Positions 25,610-32,000 of a stretch of DNA of 32,000 nt are shown here, piece after piece. The notes under the pieces are model-generated. The model was not told the origin of the DNA. It did not search any database and saw nothing but the letters and a program-made list of their open reading frames with translations. Both the position numbers and the translations under genes were made by a program. The stretch's first letter is position 1; each line of letters starts with the position of its first letter. Source of the stretch: Candidatus Saccharimonas aalborgensis (GTDB taxonomy: Bacteria > Patescibacteriota > Saccharimonadia > Saccharimonadales > Saccharimonadaceae); assembly GCF_000392435.1 (NCBI RefSeq), contig NC_021219.1:90001-122000 (forward strand). Reading direction: 5' to 3'.

Positions 25610-28126
25610 TTAAACCCGTTCCGCGGCAAGCTCATCTTTTGCACAACTGGCGATGTGATCCATGACGGGATTTATCGTTTGATCCGTAAGCGTCTTGTCA
25701 TAACTGGTAAAAGTAATGTGGAGTGTTGTTGTCTTTTTGTCAGTATTGTCCTCTGCACTATAGACGGCAACCGGCTCAAGACGAATATCAATTCCCGCCA
25801 TTTTCTCCGTTGCCGCACTCCAAACACAGTGAAATATTTTTTCATACGGCACCGAGAAAGCGGTTTTCAGGGAGATGTCTTGTGATGTTGATGGATAACG
25901 GGACAAAGGTTGATAGTTGTTACGCTTTAGCTCAACAGCATTGGCGATTCCTGCTAACTCTAGCGTCATTGCCGCAGTATAGTCTGGTAGTTTAAACGCC
26001 TTCCTCACCGACTGCTTTAGTTCACCTACTATGCCAATATATTCACCTTGCCTGCTCTCGATCCTCGCGCTACGAGCTGGGGCAAATACCGTCGCGGCAT
26101 GTATGCCATCAGCATTGTCAATTGGTATTAGTTTGAGTGTAAGACCGAGGTCTTTTGCCAATTGAGAAACGAGTCGACGCATCATATAGTATGCCGCTCC
26201 CTGACGAGGCTTTTTGCTAGCATATACAGCATCTACAAACTCAGGCTCACTAGGAAGCCCATTATCGTCTGCCAGATGAGACACTTTGTCGTGGCCTTTA
26301 CCAATTTCAAACAGCACAAACTCATCATAGCTATTTTTTATGTTGGCATGCACCTTGTCCAACAAGCTAGGCAGTACTGACAACCGATATAAATGGAGAT
26401 CGGGGCTGATGGCGTTTCCAAGACGAAATGCTCGAGAGGCATCCTGCTCGGCTTTTTTCATAACTTGCTCGTGCACAAAACTGTATGTTAGTACTTCATT
26501 CGCTCCGGCGCGCGCCAGACTCTGACGAATACGCTGTTTGAGTACCCTATTTTTGTTGCGCGTGGCAACACCGCCAGCACGTTTGGGTAATTCGCGGGGC
26601 AAGGCATCAAAACCATACAACCGCCCAACTTCCTCTACAACATCCTCGGGAACCTCTATGTCCATTCGCCAGTAAGGCGGCAAAACGACAATAGCATCAT
26701 CGCCATCATCTGACACCTCGTCATCACAGCGCATCTCAACATTTGAAAGAAGTGTCGTAATTTGCGGTTTAGCCAGTGAAAGTCCTAGGCGATTATTGAT
26801 AAATGAGGGAGTAATAACTACCGCCTTGGACGGGGTGATGGTTTGGCCAGCATCAACTACTTCGGTTGCCTGAGCCCCACCTGCCACGTCGATTATGGAC
26901 ATCATCAGCAGGTTGAGCACATACGGATTTTGCTGTGGTGACTGACCTTTATTGAAGCGAGTCAGCGCGTCGGAAAAAACCCCATGTCGCATGCTCGACT
27001 TGCGGACCGTATACATATCAAAGGTGGCTACTTCAAGCACAATAGAAGTCGTCGTATCGCTCACTTCGCTATTGCTACCGCCCATGATACCCGCCAAACC
27101 GACAGGACCCTCTTGATCTGCAATGACAATATCATCGCTACCGAGCTCATACGTTTTTCCGTTGAGAAGCGTCACCTTCTCACCACTATTTGCCATGCGT
27201 GCGCTAAGCGCGTGACCTCGCAATTTATCATAGTCATATGCATGGGTGGGCTGAGCGGTAAGTAGCATGACATAATTTGTCACGTCAACAATATTGTTAA
27301 TCGCCTTACTACCAAGTCGTATCAATTCGCACTGTAGCCAAAGCGGACTTGGTTTTACCTCGATACCACTAAACCCAACCGCCATAAAACGTGGTACTTG
27401 GGTGAGCGCTTGATTTGTGACTGTCAGCTCAAAGCTATTTGCTGATAAAAATGATGGAAGGGTCGTATACCACTCTGGGCTGTGAAACGGTTGCCCGGTG
27501 ATCCCAGCAATTTCACGTGCCACACCCAACTGACCGAAACAATCAGGGCGATGAGTAAACATTTTATTCTCAATATCAATAATAGTGTCGTCTAACCCCA
27601 TTGCCTCAGCAAAATCCTGACCAGTCGCAAGTCCTCTTGCGCCAATGTGCGGCGGCATGTCTTCTTCGCGAAGTTCAATAATTCCGTTGTGGTCACTATT
27701 GATAGCCAGCTCATCACCCGCTCCCAGCATTCCATTGCTCATGACGCCACGAATTTCTCGCGGCTCAAGTACAAAGGGTTTGGCATCGGCATAGCTAGCC
27801 GGGACAGTTGTGTGTGGCGGCAACCATACTGCCCACATATTGGCGTGAACATTCGGTGCACCGCATACGACCTGGACGTACCCATCAACATCGCGGTCAA
27901 CATCACGTACTGATTGGCCATCATCGATTTTGCACACACTTAGTTTGTCGGCATTTGGATGCTTTTCGCAGGAAACTACTTTTACGATCGTAATATTTTT
28001 GTATCGTACGCCTAGTTCGGTCACTTCCTCAACGCCGCCAAGCTGATTGTTTATCGTCGCAACAAGTTCATCAACTAGTATGTTGATGGAAGTAAACTGT
28101 TTAATGAGGTTGAGGCTTACTTTCAT
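25610..28126 (-). CDS. pheT: Phenylalanine--tRNA ligase beta subunit
   Basis: 838 aa; tRNA-binding domain VVSCEKHPNADKLSVCKID...QVVCGAPNV, B5/B3 regions, C-terminal FDX-ACB-like SRYPSTSQDISL. Confidence 0.96.
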   Translation of the reverse strand: MKVSLNLIKQFTSINILVDELVATINNQLGGVEEVTELGVRYKNITIVKVVSCEKHPNADKLSVCKIDDGQSVRDVDRDVDGYVQVVCGAPNVHANMWAVWLPPHTTVPASYADAKPFVLEPREIRGVMSNGMLGAGDELAINSDHNGIIELREEDMPPHIGARGLATGQDFAEAMGLDDTIIDIENKMFTHRPDCFGQLGVAREIAGITGQPFHSPEWYTTLPSFLSANSFELTVTNQALTQVPRFMAVGFSGIEVKPSPLWLQCELIRLGSKAINNIVDVTNYVMLLTAQPTHAYDYDKLRGHALSARMANSGEKVTLLNGKTYELGSDDIVIADQEGPVGLAGIMGGSNSEVSDTTTSIVLEVATFDMYTVRKSSMRHGVFSDALTRFNKGQSPQQNPYVLNLLMMSIIDVAGGAQATEVVDAGQTITPSKAVVITPSFINNRLGLSLAKPQITTLLSNVEMRCDDEVSDDGDDAIVVLPPYWRMDIEVPEDVVEEVGRLYGFDALPRELPKRAGGVATRNKNRVLKQRIRQSLARAGANEVLTYSFVHEQVMKKAEQDASRAFRLGNAISPDLHLYRLSVLPSLLDKVHANIKNSYDEFVLFEIGKGHDKVSHLADDNGLPSEPEFVDAVYASKKPRQGAAYYMMRRLVSQLAKDLGLTLKLIPIDNADGIHAATVFAPARSARIESRQGEYIGIVGELKQSVRKAFKLPDYTAAMTLELAGIANAVELKRNNYQPLSRYPSTSQDISLKTAFSVPYEKIFHCVWSAATEKMAGIDIRLEPVAVYSAEDNTDKKTTTLHITFTSYDKTLTDQTINPVMDHIASCAKDELAAERV

Positions 28127-28671
28127 TGGTATGCTCCTATAGCGATTGCGGCCACCAGTGGAAATGTCTTGTATTCCTGCTGGTGGCTTGCTGAGCCAAA
28201 ATGACCGTCTTGTTTGATAATGAGTGTCCCTCCTAGTTTATCAAATGCCAACCGACCTTGGGTATCATCGCATTTCCACGGATCATTGGTGGAGTTAATC
28301 ATATAGTAGTCTGCCAGTGGTGCCAGCTTCTGCCAATCATAGTGCGGCTGAAGAACTGGCTCACGACCCATATCAATTTCTGTATAGAAGCCGGCGATGA
28401 GCAGCGCGCGAGCAATTTTTTGACCTGATACTTCGAGGATACTGAGAATGAATGGCGCACCGGCAGAGTGTCCGATCAGAACTGTTTCTTCATTCAGATC
28501 AAGCGTCGGTAATACCTGACTTACCATCTCAGCAATCGGCTGCTGATTCATTTGCGGCAAATTGGGTACCGAGACGGTATAGCCCGCTTTTTCCATCTGT
28601 TGCTTTACCCACGGAAACCACTGGTCGTCAGGCGACTCACCAGTACCATGAAAAATAATTGCGTTTTTCAC
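28123..28671 (-). CDS. RBBP9/YdeN-like serine hydrolase (alpha/beta)
   Basis: 182 aa; IIFHGTGESPDDQWFPWVKQQME, ETVLIGHSAGAPFIL, QDGHFG. Confidence 0.88.
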   Translation of the reverse strand: MKNAIIFHGTGESPDDQWFPWVKQQMEKAGYTVSVPNLPQMNQQPIAEMVSQVLPTLDLNEETVLIGHSAGAPFILSILEVSGQKIARALLIAGFYTEIDMGREPVLQPHYDWQKLAPLADYYMINSTNDPWKCDDTQGRLAFDKLGGTLIIKQDGHFGSASHQQEYKTFPLVAAIAIGAYQ

Positions 28672-29132
28672 CCCACTATCTCCTCATCCGATACACCTTG
28701 CATAGCATCGTTAATCTTCTCACGATGACGATAAAACGCCAGCGGCAGCAACTCTTCGATACTGCGTACCTCAACAGAGCCATGGCTATCGACGATAATT
28801 CGTGCTTGCGGGACATAATCATGAAAAATCTGACGACATTTACCACACATATTGGCAACAACATACTCTCCGGCGGTATTGCGTCGCACCGCTACCACTG
28901 TTTGCACCGCATAATTTTCGCGGTTCATAGCATGCGTCAGTGCCGAAACTTCTGCACAAATTGAGCCAGAAAAATGATCAAAATTAAGTCCCATGATGAT
29001 ATGCCCATCAGCCATGCGCAGCGCTGCTGCAACTGTATGCAGCGGTTTGCGATACTTCTGTTCCAAGTGACGACGGGCAAGTGTAATCAGCTCGTTGTCT
29101 TGCTCGTTTAGTGCATGTTCATATTGCTCCAT
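28668..29132 (-). CDS. Cytidine/blasticidin-S deaminase-like protein
   Basis: 154 aa; HTVAAALRMADGHIIMGLNFDHFSGSICAEVSAL and ANMCGKCRQIFHDY (zinc CAE/CxxC arrangement). Confidence 0.83.
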   Translation of the reverse strand: MEQYEHALNEQDNELITLARRHLEQKYRKPLHTVAAALRMADGHIIMGLNFDHFSGSICAEVSALTHAMNRENYAVQTVVAVRRNTAGEYVVANMCGKCRQIFHDYVPQARIIVDSHGSVEVRSIEELLPLAFYRHREKINDAMQGVSDEEIVG

Positions 29133-29143
29133 GGTACGTGTTC

Positions 29144-29686
29144 CTACCTCACTATCTCAGCGAGCAGTTCCGGAAACTCGCGCATGACCATTCCATCCGA
29201 TTGCATACCAAAATGATTTTTATTCTCAAGGCTGATCAGCCGCCCGCCCAGATGCTCGGCATTATACTGAGCTGCCACATAGGGCACCCACTCATCATCG
29301 CGAGAATGTAATAAAACGATGTCAGCGCAATTATGCCGAATAGTCTCAAAGTCATAGGCACCCGAATAAAAATCCCCACCTGCTGCATCCACAAGGTGCG
29401 CACCGTTTGTGGCAACGAGGATAACCCGCTTAACTGGGCGGTCTGGTTGTTCGAGCCAGCGCAGTGCAGCCATCCCGCCGCGCGAGTGTCCGACCAGTAT
29501 TGTTTCCTCATCAGGATGGACGGCATCAATATCGGCAAGCCAATCGGCGATACGAGGCACTTCTTCGGTAGTCAATGCGGGCACATTGCACTCAATAGTT
29601 CGCGCGGTACACTCGGCTTTGATCCATGGATACCACGCATCATCCGCTGTTTTATTTTTTCCGTGGAGTAGTACAACACGCGTCAT
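29144..29686 (-). CDS. RBBP9/YdeN-like serine hydrolase (alpha/beta)
   Basis: 180 aa; VVLLHGKNKTADDAWYPWIKAEC, ETILVGHSRGGMAAL, NKNHFG. Confidence 0.87.
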   Translation of the reverse strand: MTRVVLLHGKNKTADDAWYPWIKAECTARTIECNVPALTTEEVPRIADWLADIDAVHPDEETILVGHSRGGMAALRWLEQPDRPVKRVILVATNGAHLVDAAGGDFYSGAYDFETIRHNCADIVLLHSRDDEWVPYVAAQYNAEHLGGRLISLENKNHFGMQSDGMVMREFPELLAEIVR

Positions 29687-30726
29687 GCGCTAAATTGCCT
29701 CAAGAAATCTAGTTTACCCGACTCGAGATGACGGATGTCCTCTATCTGGTATTTCATCATCACAAGTCGATCAATCCCACAACCGAACGCAAATCCCGTG
29801 TAAATCGTTGGGTCAATGTCAGCTTCTTTCAAAACGTTCGGATGAATCATACCGCAACCAAGCAGCTCAATCCACCCAGATTGGCTACAGATGTTGCAGC
29901 CCTGCTTGTCGCAAAAAGGACAGCTGAGCGCAAACTCAAAACTGGGTTCCGTAAACGGAAAATAAAAGGGGTTAACTCGCACTTCAAGCTGCCTGCCATA
30001 ATACTCTTCGAGGAAGGCCTGAAGCGTGGCGATCAGCATACCCGCATGAACACCCTTTGCCACGTACACCCCCTCAACCTGATAAAAGGTGTGCTCGTGT
30101 CGGGCATCAAGGTCTTCGTTGCGAAATGTTCTGTCGGGCACTATGACAGCGATGGGCTGGTTATTTTCGAGATTGTCATGATATTTCCTCATGACACGAT
30201 TTTGCATTGTACTGGTATGGGCGGGTGCAATCAGCGGATCGCCGCTCGCATCTGTCTCTACTGTCATGAAAGTATCCCAGTCATCCCTGGCAGGATGGCC
30301 TTTGGGAAAGTTTAGGCTCTCAAACATATGGTACTGGTCATCGATTTCACGAGACTCTTCGGTCACGAACCCCATGCGATTGAATATGTCGCTAATTGTT
30401 TCGATTTCATTCATCAGCGGATGAATTGTTCCTTGATCACTAGGCAATAGCGCAGGCATTGCTGCATTTACATCAAACGGTGCCGTGATATCAATCGCTG
30501 GCAGTTCTTTTGCACTAAGTTGTTCTTGGCGTTTCGCCACGGCGCGCGCAATTGTTTCTTTTAGCTCATTTACTTTCTGGCCAAATTCTTTTCGCTCATC
30601 AACAGCAAGCGTCGGAATACTCGCGTACAATTCTCGAAACTCCTTGCTTTTTAAGATGTCTGCGGGAGTATCAGAGGCCGCAATCCGCGACTCAAGTTCA
30701 ACTTTAAGAGAAGCAATATCGATCAT
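29683..30726 (-). CDS. pheS: Phenylalanine--tRNA ligase alpha subunit
   Basis: 347 aa; HPLMNEIETISDIFNRMGF, FRNEDLDARHEHTFYQVEG, FRPSYFPFTEPS-like NPFYFPFTEPSFEF, GFAFGCGIDRLVMMKYQIEDIR. Confidence 0.96.
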   Translation of the reverse strand: MIDIASLKVELESRIAASDTPADILKSKEFRELYASIPTLAVDERKEFGQKVNELKETIARAVAKRQEQLSAKELPAIDITAPFDVNAAMPALLPSDQGTIHPLMNEIETISDIFNRMGFVTEESREIDDQYHMFESLNFPKGHPARDDWDTFMTVETDASGDPLIAPAHTSTMQNRVMRKYHDNLENNQPIAVIVPDRTFRNEDLDARHEHTFYQVEGVYVAKGVHAGMLIATLQAFLEEYYGRQLEVRVNPFYFPFTEPSFEFALSCPFCDKQGCNICSQSGWIELLGCGMIHPNVLKEADIDPTIYTGFAFGCGIDRLVMMKYQIEDIRHLESGKLDFLRQFSA

Positions 30727-30747
30727 TACCTCTTTAGTATACTACGA

Positions 30748-31005
30748 TTATGAGTTGACGCGGACTACAAAATAGATAAATACTGCTACCGCTGCCAAAA
30801 AGATAGTTGCCCACACTCCGGCCAGACTTGTTGTATGCTTGGTACCTTTCATATACTCTGCGTCTTCTACACCATCAATTGCAGTATACGCAGTCGACGG
30901 ATCACCTTCATCTTTGGCACGAGCAGCTGCCTTTGCACGCAAGTCTGCGGCAATTCGTTGTTGCAATTCGGAACGTGCTTGCGTTTGTTCAATATATCTT
31001 CCCAT
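30748..31005 (-). CDS. Hypothetical protein with C-terminal TM segment
   Basis: 85 aa; TTSLAGVWATIFLAAVAVFIYFVVRVNS at the C terminus. Upstream of pheS in the same direction. Confidence 0.65.
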   Translation of the reverse strand: MGRYIEQTQARSELQQRIAADLRAKAAARAKDEGDPSTAYTAIDGVEDAEYMKGTKHTTSLAGVWATIFLAAVAVFIYFVVRVNS

Positions 31006-31036
31006 GCGTGACTTGTATTATACCATGAGCTCATTA

Positions 31037-31045
31037 TGCTATAAT
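31037..31045 (+). promoter_or_regulatory. Extended -10 element upstream of the aquaporin-like gene
   Basis: TG-C-TATAAT, 31 nt upstream of the start codon, with a strong SD (AAGGAGGG) in between. Confidence 0.5.
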
Positions 31046-31076
31046 AGCTGCATATTCACGATAAGGAGGGAATATA

Positions 31077-32000
31077 ATGGCTACCAAGAAAGCCGCTTCT
31101 ACCAAAAAAGCGACCGTCAAAAAGCCGGCCGTCGCAGCCAAAACTACAAAAACAAAAGTAACTGTCAAACCATTGGCAAAAGAAGTTACGCACCCAGCAA
31201 AATCAGTTGCGCACCCTACGGTTCGCGTCAAACGTGAAAGGACGAACCTTGCGCTTCCTGGCAACGTTGTCAACATCGTTTTTGCTGAGCTGATCGGTAC
31301 GTTTGTACTGACATTGGTTGCGCTGCTTGCGGCACAAACTGTCGATGTGCTCTATGTCGGCCTCACGTTAGTGGTACTGGTTCTGGCCATTGGCGCAATT
31401 TCAGGTGCACATGTCAATCCAGCCGTTACCTTTGCACAGTGGACAATGCGCCGCCTCAAGGGTGTACTCGTGCCATTTTACTGGGGAGCTCAATTCCTCG
31501 GGAGCATGCTGGCCGTTATTGTGATGAACCTCGTTGCAGGCGGCACACTCAAGCTCGATTTCAGTCATATGGGCTGGAATGTGTTTGATTGGTCAGTCTT
31601 CGGTATTGAACTCACTGCAACTGCTATCTTTGTCTTCGGACTGAGCGCAGTATTGAGTCGCCGAGATCTTGCAAATACCAGCCGCGCACTCGGCGTAGGA
31701 CTCTCGCTTATGGTTGGTCTTGTCGTTGGCGGTGGTCTTGTCAGTACCCTGCAAACCAACGTGCAAAAATCACTTGCTAATTCGAGCATTACGTCTCCAG
31801 ACCAGATACCGCACGCCTTGCGTGTAACAAATGCCACACTCAACCCGGCGGTAGCACTTGCGGTAACTGAGCGCCCAGATAGCGCCTTCAGCCGTGCCGG
31901 TGATACCAAGAATGACAAACAATACTCTCGACTAAGTATTGAGGTTATCACTGCAACGCTCGTAGGAGCTGCCTTAGGAGGCAACCTCTACTTGCTTCTC
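31077..32000 (+). CDS. MIP/aquaporin-family channel with Lys-rich N-terminal tail (runs off the right edge)
   Basis: Translation from ATG 31077 gives MATKKAASTKKATVKKPAVAAKTTKTKVTVK...NLALPGNVVNIVFAELIGTFVLTLVALL...GAISGAHVNPAVTFAQW...TLNPAVALA; both NPA motifs present. Confidence 0.9.
   Translation, partial: MATKKAASTKKATVKKPAVAAKTTKTKVTVKPLAKEVTHPAKSVAHPTVRVKRERTNLALPGNVVNIVFAELIGTFVLTLVALLAAQTVDVLYVGLTLVVLVLAIGAISGAHVNPAVTFAQWTMRRLKGVLVPFYWGAQFLGSMLAVIVMNLVAGGTLKLDFSHMGWNVFDWSVFGIELTATAIFVFGLSAVLSRRDLANTSRALGVGLSLMVGLVVGGGLVSTLQTNVQKSLANSSITSPDQIPHALRVTNATLNPAVALAVTERPDSAFSRAGDTKNDKQYSRLSIEVITATLVGAALGGNLYLLL

Noticed and set aside
29728-30315. 195-aa plus-strand ORF opposite pheS
   Set aside because: Fully antisense to pheS; no motif, no SD or promoter seen.
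29683-30726. Cys cluster CPFCDKQGCNICSQSGWIELLGCG in PheS
   Set aside because: This Cys-rich segment before GWxExxGxGM occurs in many bacterial PheS proteins and is not unusual.
31565-31984. 139-aa minus-strand ORF opposite the aquaporin-like gene
   Set aside because: Antisense to a clear MIP channel frame carrying both NPA motifs.
1-32000. CRISPR arrays, rRNA, tRNA, transposons, prophage genes or toxin-antitoxin pairs
   Set aside because: No regularly spaced repeats, no recognisable RNA gene sequences in the short intergenic gaps, and no transposase/integrase or phage structural motifs in the ORFs.

Overview
This 32 kb window is gene-dense and looks like a Candidate Phyla Radiation / Saccharibacteria-type (TM7) chromosome. 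That assignment is inferred from protein style and gene content, not from a marker search. TGA is used as a stop. Recognisable content, left to right: a uvrB fragment; a central-carbon cluster on the minus strand (LOG-family protein, two PfkB-family kinases, class II FBP aldolase, M16 peptidase, a split transketolase with a small membrane protein between the halves, ribulose-phosphate epimerase, RpiB); a type IV pilin-like protein; GAPDH; RelA/SpoT; inorganic pyrophosphatase; PLD-like and GDPD genes; thioredoxin reductase; an FKBP-type PPIase with an apparent 5' frameshift; type II NADH dehydrogenase divergent from a cydA-like gene coupled to a very short membrane partner; a small zinc-knuckle-like gene with its own promoter, leader hairpin and terminator; an ABC exporter; a DUF2779-like nuclease; an FMN reductase; a pheS-hydrolase-deaminase-hydrolase-pheT-GNAT operon; and an aquaporin-family protein with a Lys-rich N-terminal tail. 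The best leads are (1) the minimal NDH-2/cytochrome-bd-like respiratory module with an about 176-aa CydB-position protein, (2) two orphan small genes at about 10.1 kb and 20.6 kb with strong promoters and structured leaders, (3) the PfkB pair beside fba as possible replacements for a missing phosphofructokinase, and (4) the 70-aa membrane protein coupled to both transketolase halves. I found no CRISPR, rRNA, tRNA or transposon. All family calls come from motif recognition by eye, with no database search.
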